Shown: positions 1 through 10,090 of the stretch, in pieces
How the letters are laid out: each line of letters begins with the position of its first letter
How positions within the stretch are numbered: the stretch's first letter is position 1
Assembly: GCA_017999895.1 (NCBI GenBank)
Contig: JAGNKY010000007.1
Span: 71,285-135,284, forward strand
Direction: 5' to 3'
Source: Bacteroidales bacterium
GTDB taxonomy: Bacteria > Bacteroidota > Bacteroidia > Bacteroidales > VadinHA17
DNA length: 64,000 bases
Translations under genes and position numbers: made by a program
The notes under the pieces: model-generated
Told to the model about the DNA's origin: nothing
Seen by the model: the letters and a program-made list of their open reading frames with translations, nothing else
Database searches by the model: none

Positions 1-56
1 TCTGTAATCGCTTTCTTTAATCTGCATCAGGTTTTAACCCTTTAAGATAAATTCAA

Positions 57-1388
57 TCAAATCAGAAAAAAAGATGAAATCCAGACAGTAATAAAAACAA
101 CAACTCCCATCACTGCTGTTGAGGATGAAAAGACTTTAAGGCTTGTTGACGCATCGAGCCCTGAGAAGTTCGTCACCACCCAGAAATAGGAGTCGTTGGC
201 ATGTGAAAAAATCATTGAACCGGCACCCATTGCCAGCATCGTAAAGAGTCGCCCTGTTTCGGAGTCGAGACCAAGCGGCGCAAGCATAGGCGCTACAAAG
301 GATGCAGCAGTAATTATTGCCACAGTTGATGAACCCTGTGCTGTTTTGAGAATAGCGGCCAGCAGAAAAGGCACTACAAGCCCAAGTCCTGTGCCGGAAA
401 GTAGCTTACCTGCTGCTTCACCTGTGCCGGTTGCCTTTATCACCATTCCGAAGGTACCGCCAGCAGCCGTTACTATAAGTATTGGACCTGCCTTCTCTAT
501 AGCTTCGCCGAAAATTTTATTCAACGAACTCATATCCTTTCTCTTTATCAGCAGGATGGCCAGAAGCATACCAATAAACAGAGCGACCACAGGATCGCCT
601 GCAATAGATAATATTCTTATAATAAGTGTATCATTTATACTTTTAATCATCTCCGCAATTGATTTAACAGCGATGAGCAGCAGGGGCACTATGACGGGAA
701 GGAAAGAAAGCGAGGCGGGAGGTAATGAATCTGGTGTAATGTTTTTATTATCATAATCGTCGTTGTAGGTTGTATAATCACCACGTTTAGAAATAAATCT
801 ACTCCAGAAGAATGCTGCAATAGCGCCGGGAATAGCAAAGGCAATGCCGATTAGGATAAGATGTCCGAGGTCGACTTTTATTATTCCGGCAGCAGCTGTG
901 GCCCCGGGATGAGGCGGTATAAGGCAATGAACCGAGTAAAGGGATGTTGCAAGCACAGTTGCCATAAACGGCATGACGGCGCCTGTTCGTTTACTGAAAG
1001 ATTTTGCAAGCCCGCTCAGTACGATAAACCCGGAATCACAAAATATGGGCAGTCCGGTTAAAAAACCTGTTATGCCGAGTGCACCGGCACTTCTTTTTTC
1101 TCCTGTTTTCGAAAGTATATAATTCGAGATGCTGAGTGTTGCTCCGGTTTTATCAAGTATCACTCCTATCATAGCACCGAAGATTATAAGAAATCCTATC
1201 GAGGCCATCGTGGAACCGAAACCGTCCTTAAGAGTACTAACTATCTTCCCTCCCGGCAGAGTTACAAGAGCCAGAAATAATGATACAATGAACAAAACAA
1301 TGAAGGCATTCATCCTCAGCCTTGATGTTAGCCATATAACAGCTATAATACTGAGAATTACAAAAAAAGAAATAGTTAAAATATTCAT
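57..1388 (-). CDS. GntP-family (gluconate/organic acid:H+) permease
   Basis: 443-aa ORF made almost entirely of hydrophobic helices. Segments GFGSTMASIGFLIIFGAMIG and LPIFCDSGFIVL resemble GntP/DsdX-type transporters. Family assigned by eye. Confidence 0.75.
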   Translation of the reverse strand: MNILTISFFVILSIIAVIWLTSRLRMNAFIVLFIVSLFLALVTLPGGKIVSTLKDGFGSTMASIGFLIIFGAMIGVILDKTGATLSISNYILSKTGEKRSAGALGITGFLTGLPIFCDSGFIVLSGLAKSFSKRTGAVMPFMATVLATSLYSVHCLIPPHPGATAAAGIIKVDLGHLILIGIAFAIPGAIAAFFWSRFISKRGDYTTYNDDYDNKNITPDSLPPASLSFLPVIVPLLLIAVKSIAEMIKSINDTLIIRILSIAGDPVVALFIGMLLAILLIKRKDMSSLNKIFGEAIEKAGPILIVTAAGGTFGMVIKATGTGEAAGKLLSGTGLGLVVPFLLAAILKTAQGSSTVAIITAASFVAPMLAPLGLDSETGRLFTMLAMGAGSMIFSHANDSYFWVVTNFSGLDASTSLKVFSSSTAVMGVVVFITVWISSFFLI

Positions 1389-1479
1389 TCCTGGTATATA
1401 AATTCAATTGCTAATCTAAAAGAATCATTGTACCTGCTTTGTTGTATCTGTGAAACTATCGTAGCTTCACAGAATCATT

Positions 1480-2619
1480 TTATTTAATTTTATAGACTTC
1501 TGACCCTGCCAGCAAGAAACACCCCAGTCCGAAGTCTTCGAAGTTCGGAACAACATCATACCCCACGGGCTGGCTGTCCTTGGGTTCTTTACCGGTGCCC
1601 TGTACATAACCGAGGAAGCCGTTTGGATGAAGGCAATCTTCTACCAACGCTTTCCATGAGCTTTGCACTATTGGCAGGTATTTCTTCCTGCTCAGTATTC
1701 CGTTATTTATTCCCCATGCAATTCCATAAGTAAAAAGTGATGTTCCGGTAAGTTCTTTGCCGCCGAAATGGTTCGGGTCGTGCAGGCTCACGTTCCAGAA
1801 GCCGTCGTCGCGGCGACAGGCAACAAGGGCATCGACCATTTCCTTATAAGTTGTGATGAATTCCTTCCTGTATGGACTTTTTTTCGGAAGCCAATCCAGA
1901 GTGCGAACTAAAGCGGCGAGTACCCAGCCGTTTCCCCTCGACCAGTAGCAATTTCTGCCGTTAGGTTCCTTATAAGGAGGAATGAAGTCCTTGTCGCGCC
2001 ACCAGAGATGCTCCACCGGATTATAGAGGCCGTTATCTCCATGTTTTGTTTTGGTGTACATATACATTTCAAACATACGGTCGAAGTATCTGTTGTCTTT
2101 GTAAACATAACCCAGCCGGGCAAAGACCGGCATTGCCATCTGAAGAGCGTCAATCCACCACCAGTCGTCAATTTTATCTGTCGCAAGCATATTATCAATG
2201 CAGGCTTTAATATCCCTTATCCTCTCTTTCTTTGTTGTATCCAGCAGATAGAGGTCTATATAAGTCTGGCCGCAACACTGGTCGTCGGCATTACGGGTTT
2301 TAACGCCGCCCCGCATACTCCATTTGTGAAATTCACCCCATCTAACGGCATAATCGAGGTACACAGGTGAAGGATTAAGCTTATAAAGCGCCATCAATCC
2401 CTCATAATAAACTCCGCGTGTCCAGATGTTGCTGGGCCGCTCACGGTCGGTTACGATTGTTTTCCCAACATCCGGCCATTTTTCCATAAAGTACTTGTTA
2501 GCAAGTACCATTGCCTGCATGGTTCTTTCCCTTGAGAGGGGCTGTGCCTGTAGCTGATAAAGGCCGCAAATGAAAAGAAAAACAGTCATTGGCAATAAAA
2601 TTGATCTACGTCTTTTCAT
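1480..2619 (-). CDS. GH88/GH105-family unsaturated glycuronyl / rhamnogalacturonyl hydrolase
   Basis: 379 aa with an N-terminal signal peptide. WWWIDALQMAMP and CYWSRGNGW motifs are typical of YteR/UGL (alpha/alpha)6 hydrolases (Pfam Glyco_hydro_88). Confidence 0.8.
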   Translation of the reverse strand: MKRRRSILLPMTVFLFICGLYQLQAQPLSRERTMQAMVLANKYFMEKWPDVGKTIVTDRERPSNIWTRGVYYEGLMALYKLNPSPVYLDYAVRWGEFHKWSMRGGVKTRNADDQCCGQTYIDLYLLDTTKKERIRDIKACIDNMLATDKIDDWWWIDALQMAMPVFARLGYVYKDNRYFDRMFEMYMYTKTKHGDNGLYNPVEHLWWRDKDFIPPYKEPNGRNCYWSRGNGWVLAALVRTLDWLPKKSPYRKEFITTYKEMVDALVACRRDDGFWNVSLHDPNHFGGKELTGTSLFTYGIAWGINNGILSRKKYLPIVQSSWKALVEDCLHPNGFLGYVQGTGKEPKDSQPVGYDVVPNFEDFGLGCFLLAGSEVYKIK

Positions 2620-2743
2620 GGCAATTATTCGTTTATATTTCGAGTATTTATAATCGACAGCTTTTGTGTTCTCTGCTTCACCTTTGTGTATCCTGACTGA
2701 TTGCCGCAGGCAGCCGGGTTTGGGGTTAGTCCGACTTCTTCTG

Positions 2744-3532
2744 CTATTTGTATTTTGGTTTTACTTTGCTCAAAAGCAGTTCGGTGAGGTTTTCCGCTGC
2801 TTTTCGGTTATCAAAATCGGGCGTGAGGCGGTCATGGTCAATATACTCGTTATAAATCCACGGGTCGCCAATGGCAAAGACGTATCCTTTGCCGTAATTA
2901 CATTCAGCTATCAGCACATTTCCATTTTCGGTCAGTACAGGTCTTGCTTTCCCAGAGAGGCTTATTGACGACACTTCCTTGATATAAATTTTTTCCACTC
3001 CTTTGAACAGCGGGTGGTCGGGCAGGTTTGTGCATGCTCCCATTTCCCAGTTGGTACCCGTTACCGGATGTAATGTCACATGGTTGAATGTAATGCCGAA
3101 CTGCGACATCATCTTATTAAGGTTTGTGAATTCGCAGTTGGGAGCATCGTTTGCAAGGACTGCGAGAACGCCGCCTTTTTTCACCCATGAGGCAATTGCC
3201 TTTGCATCGTCGCGGGTGATATAATTAGGATTTTCGTTTTCGGTGGTTGTATCGGGATCGACAATTATGTAAATATCGAGGCCTTTCAGCACATCGGGGG
3301 AGGGCTTGCCGACAGTTGTGATTTTTGCTCCTTTCGATTTGAATATATCGCCCCATCGTGAGTAGCCGCTCCATTCAGTGTCGGTCCAGAGGTAATGATA
3401 CGGCTGGCCGGTTTTAGGGTTCGTCTCATGGTTGAACCAGTTATCGAGCCCGACAACAGGCTGTGAAAAAGAGGCGGAACATAAAATAATACCTATTGAA
3501 ACGAAAGCAGAATAAATAATTATCTTTTTCAT
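2744..3532 (-). CDS. secreted hypothetical protein (possibly DUF4350/ThuA-like fold)
   Basis: Long ORF. The likely true start is MKKIIIYSAF at 3532, which gives a signal peptide; the track start at 3610 adds an implausible extension. The family guess rests only on the LDIYIIVDPD...WVKKGGVLAVLAND pattern. Confidence 0.5.
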   Translation of the reverse strand: MKKIIIYSAFVSIGIILCSASFSQPVVGLDNWFNHETNPKTGQPYHYLWTDTEWSGYSRWGDIFKSKGAKITTVGKPSPDVLKGLDIYIIVDPDTTTENENPNYITRDDAKAIASWVKKGGVLAVLANDAPNCEFTNLNKMMSQFGITFNHVTLHPVTGTNWEMGACTNLPDHPLFKGVEKIYIKEVSSISLSGKARPVLTENGNVLIAECNYGKGYVFAIGDPWIYNEYIDHDRLTPDFDNRKAAENLTELLLSKVKPKYK

Positions 3533-3767
3533 AGCTGCAATTATTTCTTCAAAAATAAAAAGAATTACGTGTAATTTGAAGAAGGATGGTAAAAGACTTA
3601 TATATGTCAATCCTGAAAAATGAGGATTTTATTAAAAACCCCTGAATAAGGTGTAATTCAGTCAAAGTTTTCCAGATTATAAAGCATCGAATCTTTACGA
3701 CATCGAGCACCTAATAATAATTTTTGTATCTTTCCATACTCTTTATAACCTCTTAAAAAGAAAAGAA

Positions 3768-5120
3768 ATGAAAAAATCACTCTTTATCCTTTTTGCATTT
3801 ATTTCATTGACAATTAGCGATAATGCTTTGTGTCAATGGAAAAAACTTATCGGCAAAGATCTTTCAAACTGGGAAGAGCTTAACGGAACGGCACCTTTCA
3901 AGCTCGAAAAAGGAACAATAATAGGAACAACCGTTGTCGGTTCACCTAACTCTTTTCTTTGCACAAAGGAGAAATACGGTGATTTCATACTTGAATTCGA
4001 TACATGGTTCGACCCTCAAATTAATTCGGGGGTTCAGATACGGAGCGAGAGCAGACCAGACTATCAGAACGGACGAGTACATGGTTATCAGATAGAAATG
4101 GACCCATCGGAACGTGCATGGTCAGGCGGAATTTATGATGAGGCACGCAGGGGATGGCTTTACTCGCTCGAAAGAAATCCGATAGGCAAAAAAGCCCTAA
4201 AAGTGGGCGAATGGAACCATTTCCGTGTTGAAGCTATCGGAAACTCAATAAGAACATGGGTAAACGGAATACCATGCGCCGACCTTGTGGACGATATGAC
4301 ACCCTCAGGCTTCATAGCACTTCAGGTGCACAGTATCGGCAAAGACACTTCAAAAGCAGGGCTTCAGGTTAAATGGAAAAATATCAGGATAATAACCTCA
4401 AATCTCGATAAGTATAAAACTCCTTATACCCCTGTTATCCCGCAGGTTAGTTTTCTTACAAACAAGCTTACCGACCGTGAGAAGGCCGAAGGCTGGAGAC
4501 TTTTATTCGACGGTCAGACTTCTGCAGGCTGGATGAACGCACTAACCGGAAAATTCCCCGATAGCGGCTGGGAAATAAAGAATGGAGAACTTATCGTCAA
4601 CCCTGCTACTAAAAAACCCGGAGGAGGCGGCGACATTGTGACAGTAGATAAATTTGCAGATTTCGAACTGATAGTTGATTTCAAATACACCAAAGGCGCA
4701 AACAGTGGCATTAAATATTTTGTTGATACCGAATCGGAAGGCGGTAAATATGCTTCAATAGGCTGCGAATATCAGATTCTCGACGACAGAAACCACCCGG
4801 ATGCAAAAGCAGGATTCGAAGGAAACAGAACTCTTGCCGGACTTTACGACCTGATCGCACCGAAGAACAAACGCGACAATGGCTTCGACCAGTGGAACAG
4901 GGCTATGATAATAGTGAATGGAAATAAAGTACAGCATTGGCTGAACGATAACCTTACGGTCGAATACGAAAGAGGCACTCCCGAATGGAAAGCATTGGTC
5001 GCAAAAAGCAAATTTAAAGACATAGAAAACTTCGGCATGGCAAAAGAAGGAAGGATTCTCCTGCAAGACCATGGAAACCTCGTATCGTTCAAAAATATAA
5101 AAATCAAGGCAAAAAAATAG
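3768..5120 (+). CDS. tandem DUF1080 (3-keto-disaccharide hydrolase-like, concanavalin-type) domain protein
   Basis: 450 aa with a signal peptide. Two repeated modules each end in a W.N(I/F)(R/K)I motif: LQVKWKNIRI and VSFKNIKIK. GDFILEFDTW / ADFELIVDFKY strands are typical of DUF1080. Confidence 0.75.
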   Translation: MKKSLFILFAFISLTISDNALCQWKKLIGKDLSNWEELNGTAPFKLEKGTIIGTTVVGSPNSFLCTKEKYGDFILEFDTWFDPQINSGVQIRSESRPDYQNGRVHGYQIEMDPSERAWSGGIYDEARRGWLYSLERNPIGKKALKVGEWNHFRVEAIGNSIRTWVNGIPCADLVDDMTPSGFIALQVHSIGKDTSKAGLQVKWKNIRIITSNLDKYKTPYTPVIPQVSFLTNKLTDREKAEGWRLLFDGQTSAGWMNALTGKFPDSGWEIKNGELIVNPATKKPGGGGDIVTVDKFADFELIVDFKYTKGANSGIKYFVDTESEGGKYASIGCEYQILDDRNHPDAKAGFEGNRTLAGLYDLIAPKNKRDNGFDQWNRAMIIVNGNKVQHWLNDNLTVEYERGTPEWKALVAKSKFKDIENFGMAKEGRILLQDHGNLVSFKNIKIKAKK

Positions 5121-5156
5121 AATAACCAATTTTCGATATTCAAGAATAACAGGCTT

Positions 5157-6764
5157 ATGAAACAAAGCCATATAGGAGCCTTACTGCTTTTAACCCCCTG
5201 CCTGCTTCCGGGATGTAAAAACAATGACCGGATTGTTCCTGAAGAAGAGAGGCCTAATATTCTTATTGCCATGGGTGACGATATCTCCTGGCCGCACATG
5301 GGAGCATACGGCACATCATGGATAAAAACTCCGGGATTCGATATGGTTGCAAAAAACGGAATTCTATTTTGTAACGCCTACACTCCAAATGCCAAATCAT
5401 CTCCTTCACGAGCATGCTTCCTGACAGGGAGAAACTCATGGCAACTCGAAGAAGCAGCTAACCACAACCCATATTTCCCTGTAAAGTTCAAGTCATTTAT
5501 CGAAACTCTCAGCGAAAAAGGATATTTTACCGGATACACTGCCAAAGGATGGGCACCTGGAGTAGCTCTCGACAGCACAGGAAAGCCGCGTGAACTTACC
5601 GGCAAAGCCTTCAATGCAAAAAAACAAATTCCTCCTGCCAGTGGAATGTCGAATAACGACTATGCCGGGAATTTCGAAGAATTTCTCAATTCGAAACCCG
5701 AAGGCAAACCTTTCTGTTTCTGGTATGGGTCGAATGAGGCTCATCGCAAATATGAATATGAATCGGGTATTAAAAGAGGAGGAAAACATCTCGAAGATAT
5801 TCCGTCAGTATTCAGTTTCTTACCTGATAATAAAATTGTCAGAACCGACCTTCTCGATTATGCGTATGAAATAGAATACTTCGACAGCCATCTTATAAGG
5901 ATGCTCGATTTGCTAAAATCAAAGGGTGAACTCGACAACACTATCGTAATCGTAACAGCCGATAACGGAATACCTTTCCCTCGTGTTAAAGGACAGGCTT
6001 ATGAATATTCCAATCACATACCTCTCGCAATAATGTGGAAAAAAAGAATTAAAAACCCGGGCCGGAAAATTTATGATTACATCAGTTTCATTGATTTTGC
6101 ACCTACAATACTCGAGGTTGCGGGTATTAACCAGAATGAGAGCGGGATGCAAAAGATAGAAGGAAGAAGTTTTGCAGACATCTTCTGGACAGGCAAAAAC
6201 AAAATTGTGGACAAAACACGTAATTATGTACTTACAGGCAAAGAGAGACATGATGTAGGACGACCTGACGACCAGGGTTACCCTATAAGGGGCATCATAA
6301 CTAACGGCTTTCTCTATCTGAAAAATTATAAACCGGGCAGATGGCCTGCAGGTAATCCCGAAACAGGCTATCTTAATTGTGACGGAAGCCCAACAAAATC
6401 GTGGATACTAAATCTCAGAAGATCAGGATATGAAACAAGATATTGGGAACTTTGCTTCGGAATGAGAGAAGATGACGAATTATACAATATTGGCAACGAC
6501 CCTGATTGCGTTAATAATCTTATAAATAATCCAGGCTACAGCTCTGTATGGCAGGAATTAAGCGAAAAAATGTTCAATTTGCTCCTTGAACAGGAGGACC
6601 CGAGAGCGCTTGGTAAAGGTGATATTTTCGACAAATATCCTTATGCAGGGGAAGAAGTACGTAATTTTTACAACAGGTTCATAAATGGAGAACTCACAAA
6701 ACAATCGGCCTCATGGGTTGACTCAACCGATTTCGAGCCTTTGCCTGAAAGAAAGAGGAAATGA
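5157..6764 (+). CDS. sulfatase (formylglycine-dependent family), lipoprotein, Ser-type active-site motif
   Basis: 535 aa. Lipobox LLPGC. Metal-site NILIAMGDDISW. The sulfatase signature reads S-S-P-S-R-A-C-F-L-T-G-R (S81 codon TCA at 5397-5399) where Cys-type enzymes have C-x-P-x-R. Confidence 0.85.
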   Translation: MKQSHIGALLLLTPCLLPGCKNNDRIVPEEERPNILIAMGDDISWPHMGAYGTSWIKTPGFDMVAKNGILFCNAYTPNAKSSPSRACFLTGRNSWQLEEAANHNPYFPVKFKSFIETLSEKGYFTGYTAKGWAPGVALDSTGKPRELTGKAFNAKKQIPPASGMSNNDYAGNFEEFLNSKPEGKPFCFWYGSNEAHRKYEYESGIKRGGKHLEDIPSVFSFLPDNKIVRTDLLDYAYEIEYFDSHLIRMLDLLKSKGELDNTIVIVTADNGIPFPRVKGQAYEYSNHIPLAIMWKKRIKNPGRKIYDYISFIDFAPTILEVAGINQNESGMQKIEGRSFADIFWTGKNKIVDKTRNYVLTGKERHDVGRPDDQGYPIRGIITNGFLYLKNYKPGRWPAGNPETGYLNCDGSPTKSWILNLRRSGYETRYWELCFGMREDDELYNIGNDPDCVNNLINNPGYSSVWQELSEKMFNLLLEQEDPRALGKGDIFDKYPYAGEEVRNFYNRFINGELTKQSASWVDSTDFEPLPERKRK

Positions 6765-6820
6765 ATAAAGAATAATTTTTATAAATTTCAAGTTATATTA
6801 AACCGAAAGCCAATCTACTT

Positions 6821-9800
6821 ATGAATCCAGAATCAATAAAAACAATTGCAGCAGTATTGATGCTGTCAGCCTTTTTTACGGGCGAGTCGTGCAAAGAGAA
6901 AACCGGCGATCCTATAAGTGTACCAGATTTTAAAACACTGTCAGGAGAGTTTAAAGAACCTCCTGCCGAATATACAACCTCACCGTTTTTTGTATGGAAC
7001 GGTGAAATAACACGTAGCGAAATAGATAATTTCCTTAATGAATTTTATAAGCAGGGCATAAAGCAGGTTTTTGTGCATCCCAGACCCGGGCTTATTACGG
7101 AATATCTTTCGAATGAGTGGTTCGACCTTTTCAAATATACTGTCGACCACGGTAAAGAACTCGGGATGAAGGTCTGGATTTATGATGAAAATTCTTATCC
7201 AAGCGGGTTTGCCGGCGGGCATGTTCCAGCTAACATGCCTGAGTCGTATAACCAGGGGCAGGGCCTCAGGATGAGAAAAACAGAGACACTTCCAGATACT
7301 GCTAATAAATTTTTCCTTATTCTGAAGGAAGAAAACGGTTCATTCAAAGATATCACTGGAACCTTGACGCAAGAAGAAGGAAAAAACAGTAAATATTATC
7401 TTTTCTGGAAAACGTACCATGAGAAATCGGGATGGTATGGCGGCTTCTCGTATGTTGACCTTCTCGTTCCAGGTGTGACTCAAAAATTTATCGAGCTTAC
7501 TATGCAAGGATATGAAAAATATACAGGCCAGGAATTCGGCAAAACGATTCCTGGAACATTTACAGATGAACCGCATATTAACTCTCCCGGTGGCATAAGG
7601 TTTACTCCCGATCTATTCGATGAATTCTACAAAAAATGGAACTATGACCTGAAAACAAATCTTCCATCATTGTTCGAAGAAACCGGCGACTGGAAGAAAG
7701 TGAGGCATAATTACACGCAAACGCTACTTCAACTTTTTATAGACAGATGGTCAAAACCGTGGAAGGAATACTGCGATGAAAAAGGGCTTAAGTTTACCGG
7801 ACACTACTGGGAGCATGAATGGCCGAATATGAAACATGGAGGCGACAATATGGCAATGTATGTATGGCATCATGTACCTGCTATCGATATGCTTTTCAAT
7901 CAGTTCGATGATTCATCCTCAAGGGCACAATTTGGCAATGTGCGTTCAGTTAAAGAACTTGCCTCTGCCGCAAACCAGGCAGGAAGAATAAGGAAACTGA
8001 GCGAAACATACGGTGGCTCAGGATGGGATCTTACATTCGAGGAAATGAAACGCAACGGAGACTGGGAATATGCACTTGGAGTAAACTTTATGAATCAGCA
8101 CCTCACATTTTTCACAATGGCAGGAGCAAGAAAGTATGACTACCCCCCAACTTTCGACTATCACGAACCATGGTGGGATAATTATAAATTACTGGCCGAT
8201 CATTACGCAAGACTGTCTCTTGCACTGTCAGCAGGAAAACAGATAAATGAGATACTTGTTCTCGAACCTACAACCACAACATGGATGTACGACTCCTATA
8301 TCAAAGCCAATAATAAACTAAATGTTATAGGACAGGCCTTTCAGACATTTGTAACAACACTCGAAAAGAAACAGGTGGAATTCGATCTCGGGTCGGAAAA
8401 TATTATAAAAGATATGGGCTCGGTGAAAAAAGGCAGATTCGTTGTCGGGGCGTGCTCATATCATACTGTTGTAATCCCTCCCATGATGGAAAATCTTGAT
8501 CTGCCCACTTTCACTCTTCTCAGGGAATTCGTTACAAAAGGAGGCAGACTTATTTTGTTTTCATCACCCTCTATGGTTGACGGAGCGGAAAATGCAGAAC
8601 TGAAAGAATTTTTAGACGGCGGAAAAAATAATATCATCAAACTCACCGAACTAAATGATAAAGAATTATCAAACTATTTTGAAAACAAGGCCGTAAGAAT
8701 AAATATTACGGAAGGGCAAGGCCTTTATCACCACACACGGACACTGAATGACGGGATACTTGTATTCCTTGCCAATTCAAACCCCAAAAACAGTGTATCA
8801 GGTACACTTAATATTTCCGGCATTTCAGCAATTGAACTGAATACTCTTAATGGTGAAATAAAAAATTATCCTTTCGTGAAAAAAGGAACAGGGGTTGAAA
8901 CAACGTTCAGTCTGTATCCTGCCGGAAGCCTTTTACTTTTCTTTCCAGCTTCTAATGCTTCCATATCTCCTGGTGTACAGGAAACCATAAATGAAACTGA
9001 AACTGAAATTGCATCTTCCACTGGAATAGTTGTCTCTCGCGATAAACCAAATGCTCTTACCATAGATTTCTGTGATCTGGAACTGGGAGGGAAAACGGAT
9101 AAGAATATTCATGTTTTCGATGCTACCGACAAGGTTTTCAAATATTATGGATTCACTTCCGGAAATCCATGGAATCACTCGGTTCAGTACAAAAAGAATA
9201 TAGTCGAAAGAGACACTTTCGGCTCAGGAACAGGTTTTACGGCAACATACAGGTTTACATTGAAAAATCTCAAAGACAAGTCATCTCTGATGGCAATAGT
9301 GGAACGTCCGGGACTTTGGAATGTGACTCTTAATGGAACCGAAATAAAACCTGAGCCTGACTTATGGTGGCTCGACCGTGAGTTCAGGGTGTTTCATATC
9401 GGCAGTATGGTAAAGGATGGCTCGAATGAATTGAAGCTGAATGCTTCACCTATGAAGATTAATGCCGAAATTGAACCGGTTTATATTGTCGGCGACTTCT
9501 CAGTCGAACCAGCGGAAAAAGGATGGATTATCACACCGCCTGCAAAAGCTCTCACAAAGGGCACATGGCTTAATCAAGGCCTGCCTTTCTATTCTTGGGG
9601 AATCACTTATTCAAAGGATTTCGAGGTTGACACAGTTAGTGGGAAATATTATTTAAAAGTATCTGACTGGAAAGGAACAGTTTCCGAAGTATTCGTAAAC
9701 GGCAAAAAAGCAGGTGTAATAGCATTCCCTCCTTATGAGGCGGATGTAACTGCCTTTATATCCAGCGGAGTTAACAAGGTCGATCTCAGGATAACCGGAA

Positions 9801-9958
9801 GTCTTAGAAACCTTGAGGGACCTCATCATAATAATCCGCCGGCAGGCATTTCATCACCGTGGAGCTGGAGGAATGTCAAAAGCTATCCTTCAGGAAAGAA
9901 TTACAAACTTTATGACTACGGACTTTTTGGTGATTTCACACTGCTGAACAGAAGATAA
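6821..9958 (+). CDS. large secreted glycoside hydrolase-like protein (GH106 / alpha-L-rhamnosidase-like, jelly-roll C-terminus)
   Basis: 1045 aa with a signal/lipoprotein-like N-terminus. The N-terminal block PFFVWNGEITRSEIDNFLNEFYKQGIKQVFVHPRPGL...VWIYDENSYPSGFAGGH matches my recollection of proteins annotated as Glyco_hydro_106-like. Family unverified. Confidence 0.5.
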   Translation: MNPESIKTIAAVLMLSAFFTGESCKEKTGDPISVPDFKTLSGEFKEPPAEYTTSPFFVWNGEITRSEIDNFLNEFYKQGIKQVFVHPRPGLITEYLSNEWFDLFKYTVDHGKELGMKVWIYDENSYPSGFAGGHVPANMPESYNQGQGLRMRKTETLPDTANKFFLILKEENGSFKDITGTLTQEEGKNSKYYLFWKTYHEKSGWYGGFSYVDLLVPGVTQKFIELTMQGYEKYTGQEFGKTIPGTFTDEPHINSPGGIRFTPDLFDEFYKKWNYDLKTNLPSLFEETGDWKKVRHNYTQTLLQLFIDRWSKPWKEYCDEKGLKFTGHYWEHEWPNMKHGGDNMAMYVWHHVPAIDMLFNQFDDSSSRAQFGNVRSVKELASAANQAGRIRKLSETYGGSGWDLTFEEMKRNGDWEYALGVNFMNQHLTFFTMAGARKYDYPPTFDYHEPWWDNYKLLADHYARLSLALSAGKQINEILVLEPTTTTWMYDSYIKANNKLNVIGQAFQTFVTTLEKKQVEFDLGSENIIKDMGSVKKGRFVVGACSYHTVVIPPMMENLDLPTFTLLREFVTKGGRLILFSSPSMVDGAENAELKEFLDGGKNNIIKLTELNDKELSNYFENKAVRINITEGQGLYHHTRTLNDGILVFLANSNPKNSVSGTLNISGISAIELNTLNGEIKNYPFVKKGTGVETTFSLYPAGSLLLFFPASNASISPGVQETINETETEIASSTGIVVSRDKPNALTIDFCDLELGGKTDKNIHVFDATDKVFKYYGFTSGNPWNHSVQYKKNIVERDTFGSGTGFTATYRFTLKNLKDKSSLMAIVERPGLWNVTLNGTEIKPEPDLWWLDREFRVFHIGSMVKDGSNELKLNASPMKINAEIEPVYIVGDFSVEPAEKGWIITPPAKALTKGTWLNQGLPFYSWGITYSKDFEVDTVSGKYYLKVSDWKGTVSEVFVNGKKAGVIAFPPYEADVTAFISSGVNKVDLRITGSLRNLEGPHHNNPPAGISSPWSWRNVKSYPSGKNYKLYDYGLFGDFTLLNRR

Positions 9959-10004
9959 GCTCTTCATTCAGGCAAAGTCTGATTCGTCGTCCGGAAAAAC
10001 AAAA

Positions 10005-10024
10005 CCTCCGGCTTCAGCCGGAGG
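10005..10024 (+). terminator. hairpin downstream of the GH106-like gene
   Basis: CCTCCGGC-TTCA-GCCGGAGG: 8-bp GC-rich stem with a tetraloop, 47 nt after the stop codon. The downstream T-run is weak (AGTAATTTG). Confidence 0.5.
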
Positions 10025-10037
10025 AGTAATTTGCCGG

Positions 10038-10055
10038 TGCGGAGAGAGGGGGATT
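10038..10055 (-). repeat. 18-nt direct copy of the 3' end of tRNA-Ser (T-loop/acceptor 3' strand + 2 nt)
   Basis: tgcggagagagggggatt at 10038-10055 is identical to 10136-10153, which covers tRNA positions 73-87 plus CA. No matching T-stem 5' strand lies next to it. Confidence 0.85.
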
Positions 10056-10090
10056 ATTCGCTTCGCTCATGATCCCTTAGTGTGACTTAT

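Noticed and set aside
3609-3628. AATCCT-N8-AGGATT inverted repeat, resembling the TAATCCT-N9-AGGATTA site upstream of the metal operon.
   Set aside because: It has only 6-bp arms and a different spacer, and it is next to glycan genes with no metal link. It is most likely coincidence in AT-rich DNA.
196-9656. Numerous 60-190-aa track ORFs antisense to or nested in the large genes. Examples: 196-756, 861-1061, 1908-2198, 2008-2370, 2666-2968, 4755-5171, 4844-5314, 5919-6251, 8933-9178.
   Set aside because: They lie entirely within longer ORFs that have clear family motifs. Their sequences are low-complexity or atypical, with no recognisable domains, so I treat them as shadow ORFs. The same reasoning applies to similar nested ORFs throughout the window.
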